Assembly: GCA_018304505.1 (NCBI GenBank)
Contig: JAGVWA010000003.1
Span: forward strand, 1 to 58,213
Reading direction: 5' to 3'
Length of the DNA stretch: 58,213 bases
Origin: Nanobdellati archaeon
GTDB lineage: Archaea; B1Sed10-29; JAGVWA01
Shown here piece by piece: positions 18,181 to 27,990 of the stretch. A program made the position numbers and the translations under genes. Position 1 is the stretch's first letter. Each line of letters opens with the position of its first letter. The notes under the pieces are model-generated. The model saw only the letters and a program-made list of their open reading frames with translations. It made no database searches and was not told the origin of the DNA.

Positions 18181-19956
18181 TTAATTAACTCGCTGCTTGT
18201 ACCCACTGGTTTGGCTGCTCCTTTGCGCGGTTTTGCTTGTTTCCCTGTTCTCCCCGCTGGGGTTTGCCCAGCGAGTGTCCACGGCGACACCTGAATCAAA
18301 GTCGCGCATTTCCTTGCTGCTCATCTTGGCTTCCCCGGACGCAAGCAGCCTGTTGTTTTCGTCTACAACAAGAACCGGCATGCCATAAACGATTTTGTCG
18401 TCAACTTTCTTGACGTGCTTTGCAAACACCGATTTCCCTTCAAGAATGAATTCTGACACCTCGGTGTCTATCATGACCCGGGGGTACTTGGTCTTGTGCA
18501 GTTCAATTGAAGCAGCATGCGGCAGCATTAAATAATCAGTAGCCCGTACTGTCGCAAGGAGAGCATTGTTTTCATCCCTGACCTCGCGGATCTTCTTCGT
18601 TTTCGGCGAGAGTATTATGCTGATCTTTTTTGGAAAAACGTCAATGCCGAACCAGTACCTTGACACGTCCCTGATCATCTTTTCCTTGTCGCGTTCCCTT
18701 TCCAGTTTGAAATCTTCAGTTGTCACAAACTGCTGGAACGGAAAGCAGTTTGCTAAGGTTCTTGGAACCTCGCCGAGTTTTGGAATGAACGTCATTACGC
18801 CTTTTATGCTTTCAATTCTGGCCTTGGCGCGCTTTGCCTGCGGGGTGTATTGGGTAGATCGTGACAAGTCGAAGAAGTGCCGCTTCGTGTAGGGATCATA
18901 GTCGTCCATGTAATCCATTCTTCTCTCCATGGTGTTCTTCGCGGCATACAAGCTCGGGTGCGCCTTGGCCCTTTGCTCTATCAGCTCCCAGAGTGTCCCG
19001 TCAACAATGGCCTGTTTTATAGCGTTTATTTCGCCGAATGTGACGTAGAGGTTGTGTTCAGATAAGGCCAATTCGCGCTCCTTGTCCGGGAGCTGCCTGA
19101 GTTCCTTGGCGGTTGTTGAGACACAAACTGGACAGCTGCATGGCAGGTACTCAATATCGTGAATCTTCAGGGTTCCCTGCACCGTGATGTACCTGTCCTG
19201 TTTTGCGAACAGGGCATAAGCAGCTGAGTCAAACAGATCTATTCCCAAGCCCACGGCGAAGGCAAAGAACATCGGGTGGCCTGCCCCAAACAAGTGCACT
19301 GGCCGGTCGGCTGGCAAAATTCGCTTGGCCTCAATAATGAGGTTGACGTGCTCCTTGTACTTGTACCTCATCAGGTACGGAACCACGCTGCCCAGGGGAT
19401 GGATGTCGAAATTCAGTTTGCTCATTTCTGCTGCTGATTCTTTCAGCAAGTCAGTGTAAATTGACCCCTGCACTGGTCCGCACCAGAGCCGCTTATCGTT
19501 GATGTATTGCTGGGCTTCCTTGGCGCGTTCCGTCGTCAGTGCAACGTTTTGCCTTACCTTGTCGTAGTCCTCCTCCGCGGTTGGAATGTCCAAGATAACA
19601 CCGATGTCCACATCGATACTGTCCTGGAACTCGATAATCTCCTTGTTCGACACGTCAATGTCGCCGTAGCCCATCAACTGGAACGCTCCAGAGTCGGTCA
19701 TTATGGGGCCGTCGAAGCCAAGGAGTTTGTGTACCCCTTTTTTCAACACCTCGTCGCGGTAGTTCTTGTAAAGTATGTACGAGTTTGTAATGAGCTGCTG
19801 CGCCCCGTATTTCTGCAGGTTCTTTGGCTTGATTGTCTGAATATTGGGATTCACAACTGGAAATAATGTGGGGGTCTCGATCTTGCCGTGGTTTGTCTTT
19901 ATTGTCCCAATGCGCGCCGCTAGGTCCCTGTGCTTTATTTGAAAAACCGATGCCAT
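18181..19956 (-). CDS. tgtA: Archaeosine tRNA-guanine(15) transglycosylase with C-terminal PUA domain
   Basis: IETPTLFPVVNP, MTDSGAFQ, LDIPT, HLFGAGHP, DLFDSAAY, CSCPVC Zn site, GKSVFAKHV PUA. Confidence 0.96.
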   Translation of the reverse strand: MASVFQIKHRDLAARIGTIKTNHGKIETPTLFPVVNPNIQTIKPKNLQKYGAQQLITNSYILYKNYRDEVLKKGVHKLLGFDGPIMTDSGAFQLMGYGDIDVSNKEIIEFQDSIDVDIGVILDIPTAEEDYDKVRQNVALTTERAKEAQQYINDKRLWCGPVQGSIYTDLLKESAAEMSKLNFDIHPLGSVVPYLMRYKYKEHVNLIIEAKRILPADRPVHLFGAGHPMFFAFAVGLGIDLFDSAAYALFAKQDRYITVQGTLKIHDIEYLPCSCPVCVSTTAKELRQLPDKERELALSEHNLYVTFGEINAIKQAIVDGTLWELIEQRAKAHPSLYAAKNTMERRMDYMDDYDPYTKRHFFDLSRSTQYTPQAKRAKARIESIKGVMTFIPKLGEVPRTLANCFPFQQFVTTEDFKLERERDKEKMIRDVSRYWFGIDVFPKKISIILSPKTKKIREVRDENNALLATVRATDYLMLPHAASIELHKTKYPRVMIDTEVSEFILEGKSVFAKHVKKVDDKIVYGMPVLVVDENNRLLASGEAKMSSKEMRDFDSGVAVDTRWANPSGENRETSKTAQRSSQTSGYKQRVN

Positions 19957-20093
19957 TAGAAAACACTTTTAAGAATCGTTGTTTGGTTTCTTTTGCTTTT
20001 TATTTTTCTCTTTTTTTTTTTGTTTTTTGGTTTGTTGTTATTTGTTGTTGTTTGTTTTGCGTTGTGCGTTTTATGTTATTATGATTTTGGTTA

Positions 20094-20936
20094 TTAGGGC
20101 CTGTATTTGCCCCTGAGCTTCTTCGCCATTTTTTCGCGCGCCATTACAGAGCGGTCTACCTTGGGTTTCGCTTGCGGTGCTGGCCGCGGTCGCTCCATTG
20201 CCTTGGGGGCAAAGACTTCCGTTGTGTGTCTGTGTTTTCTGATTTCTGGCATCCTGGGCATACTCGGGCGCCCCTGCTTTCCTTTTTCCAGGAAAAACAC
20301 TATCAGGAATATGATTGGAACGATTGCTAAGATGCCGAGTATTACAATGAAGTTGGTTGCTGTTTCTTCCTTCATTGGCACAGGTGCTTGCGTCATTGCC
20401 GACAGCTTGCCCCGAACCCTGTTCTTGGCGTCCTGCGATTCATAATTTTCAATGGCGGTTTGGTAGAGGCTTACTGCGGTTTCCTGATCAAGGCCCCGAA
20501 TGGTGTCTGCAGCTTGCTCTGCCAGTTCTGCTTTTTGCTGCGTTGCGCCGATGACATTCAGGTTGTCTATTGCGCGGTTGTAATACTGCGCTGCCAGTTC
20601 TGTTTTTCCAAGTTTGGTGTTGGCAATTGCTGCCTGTTCATACGTCTGGGCTTTGAGACTGTAGTCTGTGCCTTCCGCGAGTGCATTGAGCGCGACTAAG
20701 TAGTGGTTGCTTGCGAGCTCGTAATTTATTGTAGCCACAGTTGATCCTGCTTTTTCAAAGCACTCTGCTCCGTGGAAGTATTCCTGGCCAATGGCAAAGT
20801 CGATCGGATACGGCAATTTCGCACGCATCGCGGGGTCTGTAATATATTGTTCGGCCTTGTCAACAAAGGCCTGGCACTCTGCCTGCGCCACTACGGTGAC
20901 CGAGAGCAGAATCAGCAATAAGATGAATTTCTTCAT
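20094..20936 (-). CDS. Secreted or surface TPR-like helical protein with a C-terminal TM anchor and basic tail
   Basis: Signal peptide MKKFILLLILLSVTVVAQA, TPR-like AxxYxxA repeats, TM NFIVILG...VFFL. Confidence 0.7.
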   Translation of the reverse strand: MKKFILLLILLSVTVVAQAECQAFVDKAEQYITDPAMRAKLPYPIDFAIGQEYFHGAECFEKAGSTVATINYELASNHYLVALNALAEGTDYSLKAQTYEQAAIANTKLGKTELAAQYYNRAIDNLNVIGATQQKAELAEQAADTIRGLDQETAVSLYQTAIENYESQDAKNRVRGKLSAMTQAPVPMKEETATNFIVILGILAIVPIIFLIVFFLEKGKQGRPSMPRMPEIRKHRHTTEVFAPKAMERPRPAPQAKPKVDRSVMAREKMAKKLRGKYRP

Positions 20937-21288
20937 GTGTTTTAATTATGATGGCAAGGCGTTTATAATGGTTTCTTCCATATCTAGTCCATGGCTTACT
21001 ATTATGGCAACATCTGCAAAAAGTATGATGGACAGCCTAAATCATAGTGGCGTTCCGGAAGTTCTTGAAGTGTTTGTCACCTGTCACGATTTTGGCCTTC
21101 AGCTTGTCAGCCGTGATTAGTCATGCGTATCTAACGTATCTCGCGCGAAGCTCTCGGAAAGCCATATCCCTGATGTTTTAAAAGCATTGGAAATGACAGC
21201 TTACGATGAGTTTAGCTATCATAACATGATAGATACATTTATATATACGTATAGACATATCCATATAAAACAGTATATACGTGTATAT

Positions 21289-21573
21289 ATGACTTTGATG
21301 GTTTCGCTGCTAAAAGACAAGGAAATAATTCACTATCCAAACCTAAAGACAGTCTTAATAGTAGAGGAAATCCTGAAAAAGCACGGCGGGCCAATCACGA
21401 GAGCTGAACTCAAAAGACGCTTGCGGGTCAGCATTATGCACCAGACACTAAACGTCATCATCCGGTACCTAGTGGAGAAAGGGATGGTTTACGACAGCAG
21501 AAAAGGCATAATCTGGCTAGAGCCACCAAGCAGAAAACTCAAAAAGCTCATGGATGAAGGCCTTGAAGTATGA
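21289..21573 (+). CDS. Winged-helix protein, putative antitoxin/regulator
   Basis: HYPNLKTVLIVEE...HQTLNVIIRYL...GIIW; overlaps the downstream RelE-like gene (ATGA). Confidence 0.7.
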   Translation: MTLMVSLLKDKEIIHYPNLKTVLIVEEILKKHGGPITRAELKRRLRVSIMHQTLNVIIRYLVEKGMVYDSRKGIIWLEPPSRKLKKLMDEGLEV

Positions 21574-21944
21574 CCAAAGAAAAGAGACTCAAATATGTTG
21601 GAGACGCGCTCGACGCTTATCTAAAATTAAACAAAGTCGTTACTGGGGAGAAAGAAAACGGCATCGAAAACTCGGACAACCAACGCTTACTAAAGTCGCT
21701 CAGAAACAAGGAGCAATTACTCAAAGCAAACCCCGAATCTGGGGACCACATACCTCGAAAGTACATAACCAAAAAAACCATTGAACGATATGGCACACAT
21801 CTATTATGGAGAATCGACCTGCAGGGATACTGGAGAGCTATCTACACAATAGTCGGAAACGAAATCGAAATACTAACCCTGATCCTCGACATCGTAGATC
21901 ACAAAAAGTACAACAAACTCTTTGTAAACTACAAAAAGAAGTGA
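21570..21944 (+). CDS. RelE/ParE-like toxin
   Basis: LKANPESGDHI, LWRIDLQGYWRAIYTI, DHKKYNKLF. Confidence 0.75.
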   Translation: MTKEKRLKYVGDALDAYLKLNKVVTGEKENGIENSDNQRLLKSLRNKEQLLKANPESGDHIPRKYITKKTIERYGTHLLWRIDLQGYWRAIYTIVGNEIEILTLILDIVDHKKYNKLFVNYKKK

Positions 21945-21958
21945 TGCAACATACTAAC

Positions 21959-23035
21959 TTACTTTTTCTTCTTTCCCTTTGAAGCCTCGTACAAAACGCG
22001 TTTCGGGTAAGGTATCTCGATGCCTGACTTGGCGAACTCTTTCAAAATGAGCTTCCTGGCCTCGCTCTGGCCAGCAAATGGGCTTCCCTGCTTGGTGTCT
22101 ACCCAGAACTTCAATGACAAGTCGACTGATGAGTCGCCAAAGTTCTGCACAATCACTTGCACCGATTTCTTCTCACTGCCGATAATCGCGCCCTTGATTT
22201 TCTTTGGAACATCGCTGAGGATTTTTATAGCCTTGTCTAAATCTGATTCATAAGCAATGCCCACATTAACCTCAGCCCTGCGCGTGCCTTTGATTGAATG
22301 ATTAATGACGACGGTGTTGCTGATTTTCGAGTTTGGCATTATGATCCGCTTGTTATCGAAAGTCTTAAGCTTCGTGAGCCTGAAACCGATCTCTTCTACC
22401 ACACCAATTTTACCATCGATTTCGACAACCTGGCCTAGCCTGAACGGCCTGTCGAACGTCATGAAAATACCGGAGATCATGTTGCTGAATGTGTCCTTGG
22501 CCGCGAAACCGACAGCGATACCGAATATTCCTGCGCCAGCAAGCGCTGCCGTGAAGACTTCGGTGTACCCCAGCACGCCGAGCGCGATCACGATCGTGGC
22601 GACGTACGTTGAATAAGTAATCCCGTTCTCAATCAGCTTGTGCGTGTCTTCTGAAAAATCAAATGAATCCATCCTGTCATCAAGCCTTCTAATGCTAGGC
22701 CGGACTATAGACAGGAAAACCTTCATGCCATAGAACAGTAACACGAGTTCATACACCTGGTTACCAAGTGGATCGTGCCCGAAAATTATGAACGCAATAC
22801 CAATAGACGCGGACCATATGAAGAAACGTATGATGTTGGCGATTTCCATGTGCGCTGTTTCCGGGAGATCCCAGCGCTTGATCGCATCGTCAATCCTGCG
22901 CGGAATAAATGGCAAGGTCTTCAGACCCAGGAAGGTGAAGAAAACCAAGACTAGGAGTTCTGTTATCTGCATTGTCAATAGCGCGTAATCAATTCTTGCC
23001 AAAAACTGCACGTCAAGCAATTGTTCAAGGCCCAT
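21959..23035 (-). CDS. mscS: Small-conductance mechanosensitive channel
   Basis: GIAVGFAAKDTFSNMISG, RPFRLG, MPNSKI, VGIAYESD, GIEIPYP. Confidence 0.95.
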   Translation of the reverse strand: MGLEQLLDVQFLARIDYALLTMQITELLVLVFFTFLGLKTLPFIPRRIDDAIKRWDLPETAHMEIANIIRFFIWSASIGIAFIIFGHDPLGNQVYELVLLFYGMKVFLSIVRPSIRRLDDRMDSFDFSEDTHKLIENGITYSTYVATIVIALGVLGYTEVFTAALAGAGIFGIAVGFAAKDTFSNMISGIFMTFDRPFRLGQVVEIDGKIGVVEEIGFRLTKLKTFDNKRIIMPNSKISNTVVINHSIKGTRRAEVNVGIAYESDLDKAIKILSDVPKKIKGAIIGSEKKSVQVIVQNFGDSSVDLSLKFWVDTKQGSPFAGQSEARKLILKEFAKSGIEIPYPKRVLYEASKGKKKK

Positions 23036-23095
23036 AGCATACCTTTCCCGGCCATACTATATATAGTTTTATACTCCGTCGCTCAATACAGTACC

Positions 23096-24034
23096 ATGAA
23101 GCCGGAAAAACTCCTCGACATAGCATTCAGGCAGGCCAACAGGTCTGGGCAACAAACCAAAAAATCGATGGCGGTGAGGAAGGAAAAACGCCACATATAC
23201 GCGGATTTAGAACGCCTCAAGGTAGCCTACGGCACGATCAACAGCTTCTTGATGAACCAGCTGGAGTCCTCAAATCTCGACAACCTGACAGAGTTCAACA
23301 AATCGCTAATGGAAACGCTCGTCGACAGTCCCAAGATGGAACGCGACAAGAAGAAAATCATGAACAGCATGCAGATAATCAAGCGGCTCAAAAACGAATT
23401 CGAAATGAAGATCAAGTTCTCAGACAACAAAATGCAGAGCAACGAATATAGAAAGGAGTTTTACGGCCGCCTCAGTTCGGTTGTGAAAAAACTAGACTTC
23501 GATACCATCGAGGGTTACACAAAGGAACTGCAGACCCTACCGAAAATCAAGCACATGGACACAATTCTCGTTGCGGGCTACCCGAACGTCGGCAAGTCAT
23601 ATCTTGTGAAGAACCTCTCGGGACACAAGATCAACATCCAGCCGTACCCGTTCACGACCAAGGAATTACTCATTGGATACATGCCGCACAGATTCGACAC
23701 AGTCCAGCTAATTGACACGCCCGGAATCCTCGACAGGCCGCTGGAAAAGCGAAACAAGATCGAACTCAAGGCGATGCTTGCGTTGAAGCACATTACGCGC
23801 AACGTGATCTTTATAATTGATCCAAGCGAAACATGTGGTTACTCATTAGAGGCGCAGGAAAACCTCCTAAAAGAAATCAAGCAAACCTTCAAGCCAAAAA
23901 TCATGGTGATCGCTACAAAGAAAGACATTCCTTCAGAAAAGAAAACTGAAAGCGACTTGAGCATTTCAAACCAATCCAAGGAAGACATCGAACTGGTACA
24001 TGATGAAATCATAAAATTCTTCTTCAAAGGGTAA
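23096..24034 (+). CDS. NOG1-family (Obg-like) GTPase
   Basis: GYPNVGKS, YPFTTK, DTPGILDR, DPSETCGY. Confidence 0.92.
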   Translation: MKPEKLLDIAFRQANRSGQQTKKSMAVRKEKRHIYADLERLKVAYGTINSFLMNQLESSNLDNLTEFNKSLMETLVDSPKMERDKKKIMNSMQIIKRLKNEFEMKIKFSDNKMQSNEYRKEFYGRLSSVVKKLDFDTIEGYTKELQTLPKIKHMDTILVAGYPNVGKSYLVKNLSGHKINIQPYPFTTKELLIGYMPHRFDTVQLIDTPGILDRPLEKRNKIELKAMLALKHITRNVIFIIDPSETCGYSLEAQENLLKEIKQTFKPKIMVIATKKDIPSEKKTESDLSISNQSKEDIELVHDEIIKFFFKG

Positions 24035-24087
24035 AACCATTATAAAGACTAAAAGAGCACAGATATCAAGAGCAAGGTGAAAAACCT

Positions 24088-24363
24088 ATGAACGAACAAG
24101 AAATAAAGCAGAAGCTCGAGGACATAAAATACATGATTGAACCAATCCTGGACGACAACGCCATACCACGAAACATCCGGCGCGCGGTCGACGAGGCCAA
24201 AAACAAAATATCAGAAATCAACGGTGACCTAGACGTGAAAATCGCCAGCGCAATATACTCGCTAGACGAGGTGGCGAATGACATCAACATGCCGTTCCAC
24301 GCCAGGACAGACATTTGGAACCTAGTCAAAGAACTCGAGAAACTCAAAGAGGAATTAAAGTAG
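24088..24363 (+). CDS. UPF0147 family protein
   Basis: IPRNIRRA...LDEVANDINMPFHARTDIW. Confidence 0.9.
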   Translation: MNEQEIKQKLEDIKYMIEPILDDNAIPRNIRRAVDEAKNKISEINGDLDVKIASAIYSLDEVANDINMPFHARTDIWNLVKELEKLKEELK

Positions 24364-24376
24364 GTACTGAGTTAAA

Positions 24377-25441
24377 ATGGACGTTGAGACCAAAGTTGAC
24401 CTTTTACTAAAAAGACCGACCGAAGAACTCATTACAGTAGCGGATGCTCGCTCACTTTTTGAAACAAAACAACATCCAAACCATTACATAGGTTATGAGA
24501 TTTCCGGAAAGCTGCACATGGGCAGCTTGATCATGGCAAGCTTCAAAATAAAAGACCTCATTGAAGCAGGTTGCAACACGTCCGTGTTCCTGGCAGACTG
24601 GCACGCGTGGATCAACAACAAGTTTGAAGGCGACATGGACAAGATGAAGTTGGCGGGAGAATATTACAGGGAAGCATTCCAGTTGATTGACAAAAAAGTG
24701 AAAATCGATCTAGGCAGCGACATTTATCACGACAACGACGAGTACTGGAAGCAAGTAATTCAAGTGTCAATGAACATGTCGCTTGGAAGAGCAGCAAAAT
24801 CAGTAACGATCATGGGCAGAAAAGAAGGCGAAGCAACTAATCTTGCCCAATACATTTATGCACCAATGCAAGCAGCAGACATCAAGGCAATGGACATTGA
24901 CATCGCACATGCTGGCATGGACCAGAGAAAAGTTCACATGCTCGCTCGCGACGTGTTTCCAAAACTAAATTGGCAAGCCCCAGTGGTGATGCACCACAAC
25001 CTGCTTCCGGGCTTGATAAAACCAGAAGGCCAAACCCAAGAAGAAATCGAAGAAAGCGCGAAGATGAGCAAATCTAAACCGTGGACCGCAATCTTCATTC
25101 ACGATTCACTCGACGAGATTAAGAAAAAACTAAACAAGGCGTGGTGCCCAGAAAAACAGGTCGAGACAAACGGCGTCCTGCAATACGTCCGAGACTTGGT
25201 GTTTCACGAGTTCAAGAGCTTCGACATCGAGCGCCCTGAAAAGTTCGGGGGCAATGCATCCTACGAGAATTACGAGGAAGTCGAGAAAGACTTTGTAAAC
25301 GGAAAAATACACCCTGCGGACTTGAAGAACAGCGTTGCAGGTTACCTGGACAAAATCATTGCGCCATACCGTGACCATTTTGAAAAACCAAAATACGCCA
25401 AGCTGCTTGACGTGTATAAGGACGTTGAAATCACGCGCTAG
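24377..25441 (+). CDS. tyrS: Tyrosyl-tRNA synthetase
   Basis: YIGYEISGKLHMG, ADWHAWIN, YAPMQAAD, GMDQRKVH, KMSKS, HPADLK. Confidence 0.97.
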   Translation: MDVETKVDLLLKRPTEELITVADARSLFETKQHPNHYIGYEISGKLHMGSLIMASFKIKDLIEAGCNTSVFLADWHAWINNKFEGDMDKMKLAGEYYREAFQLIDKKVKIDLGSDIYHDNDEYWKQVIQVSMNMSLGRAAKSVTIMGRKEGEATNLAQYIYAPMQAADIKAMDIDIAHAGMDQRKVHMLARDVFPKLNWQAPVVMHHNLLPGLIKPEGQTQEEIEESAKMSKSKPWTAIFIHDSLDEIKKKLNKAWCPEKQVETNGVLQYVRDLVFHEFKSFDIERPEKFGGNASYENYEEVEKDFVNGKIHPADLKNSVAGYLDKIIAPYRDHFEKPKYAKLLDVYKDVEITR

Positions 25442-25612
25442 AGAAAAACCAGAAATAACCCCGCGTTGCCCGTGGGCACTCGCTCCTAAGGCGAGCCCAA
25501 TACCTGACTATGGCACCTATACACTATCTTCTGTTTCTCGACAAATATAAGCGTTCCTTAACTCGATTTAGTGAATTTAAGTTTAAACCCGTTAAGGTTA
25601 ATAAGTTCACGC

Positions 25613-25634
25613 GTGGTGTAAGACGCACCTATTT
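25613..25634 (+). repeat. Left copy of 22-nt direct repeat GTGGTGTAAGACGCACCTATTT
   Basis: 21/22 identical to 26290-26311; contains the antitoxin stop codon. Confidence 0.9.
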
Positions 25635-25877
25635 CAAAAGCTTATCCAGTTCGCTGATTTTGTAACGATGTCTCTTAATGGCTTTACGATCCTGCTTTTC
25701 AATTTCGGCTAGCTTTTTCAGATACTCTGGCCTCACATACCTGGCTTCTTCTAGCAACTCAAGTTCCTCTAAAAACTGCGCCGCGCTCTTCCTGAAATAA
25801 GCAGACCAATTTACTTCATCATGCTCTTGCATCCTTTCCCTAAGTTTTTCCGGCAGTGTTATTGTAATTGTCCTCAT
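25629..25877 (-). CDS. Ribbon-helix-helix antitoxin
   Basis: MRTITITLPEKLRERM...EVNWSAYFRK. Confidence 0.8.
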   Translation of the reverse strand: MRTITITLPEKLRERMQEHDEVNWSAYFRKSAAQFLEELELLEEARYVRPEYLKKLAEIEKQDRKAIKRHRYKISELDKLLK

Positions 25878-25919
25878 TTAAATTCACCATTTTTGTTAAT
25901 GTATGCTAACACATCAGTA

Positions 25920-25937
25920 CACATTATTATTAATGTG
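25920..25937. promoter_or_regulatory. Palindrome CACATTA-TTAT-TAATGTG, candidate operator in the divergent TA promoter
   Basis: Perfect 7-bp inverted repeat next to TTTATTTAAATA. Confidence 0.5.
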
Positions 25938-25981
25938 GACTTTATTTAAATAGTTTGCCTAAAAAATAAAGCGAAGCTATA

Positions 25982-26254
25982 ATGACGAAAATAGAATACG
26001 TACTCGACATCTCAGATGAAAGGCAGAAAATGATCAGAAAATTTGTTAAACAGGACCCCCAAAGAAAAATCGCTGTTGATAAAGCCTTAAGAAAGATACT
26101 CCAAAATCCTTATGGCCCTAAACCATTACGGTATGACATGAAAAACAAACGCAGAATCCATCTTTTAGAGCATTTCGTCATGGTTTACAAAATAGACGGT
26201 AACTTAGTTATTCCCCTCGATATCGACCACCACGACAAAATTTATGGGCGATAA
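25982..26254 (+). CDS. RelE/YafQ-family mRNA interferase toxin
   Basis: ILQNPYGPKPLRYDMKNKRRIH, FVMVYKI, DHHDKIY. Confidence 0.85.
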   Translation: MTKIEYVLDISDERQKMIRKFVKQDPQRKIAVDKALRKILQNPYGPKPLRYDMKNKRRIHLLEHFVMVYKIDGNLVIPLDIDHHDKIYGR

Positions 26255-26289
26255 AATTTGAATCGGTGATATAAGAACCCCCCCTGCTT

Positions 26290-26311
26290 GTAGTGTAAGA
26301 CGCACCTATTT
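26290..26311 (+). repeat. Right copy of 22-nt direct repeat GTAGTGTAAGACGCACCTATTT
   Basis: Matches 25613-25634; 13-nt core identical to the copies at 1382 and 1404. Confidence 0.9.
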
Positions 26312-26403
26312 ATTGAACATCTGCGTAATGAACATGGCTCTTTCTATCTAGAGCTTCCATCACTTCAACCCATGGTTGGTTAAAGATGCTGGGGGATGAA
26401 TCA

Positions 26404-27990
26404 ATGAGCGCAGACGCGGTAATACACAGGCTACAGGAGAAAAACTACATTCTGACAAGCGAAGCCGTCAAATACATCCTTGATTCCATGAACCCGGAGG
26501 CACTCGAAAACAACGTTCTGACGCACTTCAAGGGCAACGTGTTCATTACGCCAAAAGAACTCAAAATACAAACGCCCAAATCAACAGCGCCACAACCAAT
26601 AACACTGCAACCAACAACACCACAACCAACAGCACCACAACCAACAACACCACAACCAACGGCACTAGAACCAACAACGCCGCAAGTAATCATTGAAGGA
26701 ACCAGGTTCAAGCCGCTTGCAAAAGAATACCCAAAACAGATAAAGGTCAAGAAAAGCCTGGAACAGACAAAATCCATATCCACAGGCACTGTACAGGACT
26801 TCACAGACTACTTCCTAAACAGATACGAGCAACTTTCGGCATTCCTCAAAACCAGGGGCAAATCGACACACTTGCCGATTTCCGAGGCAAGGAAACGACA
26901 GTACCAGGAATGCAAAATCATCGGCATGGTCACGGAGAAAAAAACAACAAAGAACGGGCATAAGCTCATCCATGTTGAAGACCCCAGTGCCTCAGCGCTC
27001 GTTTTCATTGGCAAGGACAACGAGGCCCTGGGAAAAATGATGGACCACATCATCCTTGATGAAGTTATTGCCATTGAGGGCAAGCAATCCAAGGACCTGT
27101 TCATTGCAAACAGCATCTTCCAGCCGGACATGCCCCAACGAGACGTTAAGACAATAGAAGACGACATCGCGATTGCAATGCTTTCAGACATTCACATCGG
27201 CTCAAAACTTTTTATGGGGCAACAGTTCGAGCATTTTATCAAGACGCTGAGGGGTGAAATCGGGACTGAAAAACAGCAACAACTCCTTGGCAAAGTCAAG
27301 TACATAACGATATGCGGCGACGCGGTAGACGGCGTCGGAGTCTATCCAACACAGGAAACCGAACTGGCGATTACAGACATCTACGAGCAATACGACAAGC
27401 TGCACAGCTACATCGAGATGCTGCCTGACTACATCCACGTGGTCATCGTGCCAGGAAACCACGACACGGTCGTAAAAGTCGCAGACCCACAGCCGAGGAT
27501 TCCTGAAAAAGCCATGCCCAAGACCTACAAAATGAGCAACGTCACCCTAACGAGCTCTCCGGCAATCTTAGACATACACGGGGTCAACACGCTGCTCTAT
27601 CATGGCTTCGCATTTGATGATGTCATTGCAGACCTGCCTAGCGCATCTTACGCGAAATCAGAGTCCCCGATGACAGAAATGCTCAAACGCCGCCACTTAC
27701 ACCCAAGGTACGGCGGTAAACCGATTACGCCTGAGAAACATGACCACCTAGTAATAAGCGAATCCCCGGATCTGTTCCACGGCGGACACCTCCATAATAA
27801 CGGCTATGCGAACTACAAGGGCACGCTAGTCGTCAATTCCGGAACATGGCAATCAATAACAGAGTTCCAGGCCAAAATGGGGCACAAACCGACGCCCTGC
27901 ATTCTACCGATATTCGAAGCCAAGCACGGCAGGGTAAACGCAATGCACTTTGACAGGAAAGATTACTATGAATATGAAAGAGTACTATGA
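26404..27990 (+). CDS. polB: DNA polymerase D small (exonuclease) subunit DP1
   Basis: OB fold (IIGMV...DEVIAIEG), SDIHIGS, GDAVDG, PGNHD, YHG, GHLH, NSGTWQ; start may be 26386 or 26404. Confidence 0.95.
   Translation: MSADAVIHRLQEKNYILTSEAVKYILDSMNPEALENNVLTHFKGNVFITPKELKIQTPKSTAPQPITLQPTTPQPTAPQPTTPQPTALEPTTPQVIIEGTRFKPLAKEYPKQIKVKKSLEQTKSISTGTVQDFTDYFLNRYEQLSAFLKTRGKSTHLPISEARKRQYQECKIIGMVTEKKTTKNGHKLIHVEDPSASALVFIGKDNEALGKMMDHIILDEVIAIEGKQSKDLFIANSIFQPDMPQRDVKTIEDDIAIAMLSDIHIGSKLFMGQQFEHFIKTLRGEIGTEKQQQLLGKVKYITICGDAVDGVGVYPTQETELAITDIYEQYDKLHSYIEMLPDYIHVVIVPGNHDTVVKVADPQPRIPEKAMPKTYKMSNVTLTSSPAILDIHGVNTLLYHGFAFDDVIADLPSASYAKSESPMTEMLKRRHLHPRYGGKPITPEKHDHLVISESPDLFHGGHLHNNGYANYKGTLVVNSGTWQSITEFQAKMGHKPTPCILPIFEAKHGRVNAMHFDRKDYYEYERVL
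26581..26685 (+). repeat. 15-nt coding tandem repeat (PTTPQ-like, about 7 copies) in the DP1 linker
   Basis: STAPQ PITLQ PTTPQ PTAPQ PTTPQ PTALE PTTPQ. Confidence 0.85.

Noticed and set aside
19960-20093. T-rich low-complexity stretch as a feature or ORF
   Set aside because: No periodic unit or coding signal; an ordinary spacer.
20990-21240. Possible gene remnant upstream of the wHTH/RelE pair
   Set aside because: No recognisable motif or credible start; cannot be supported without a search.
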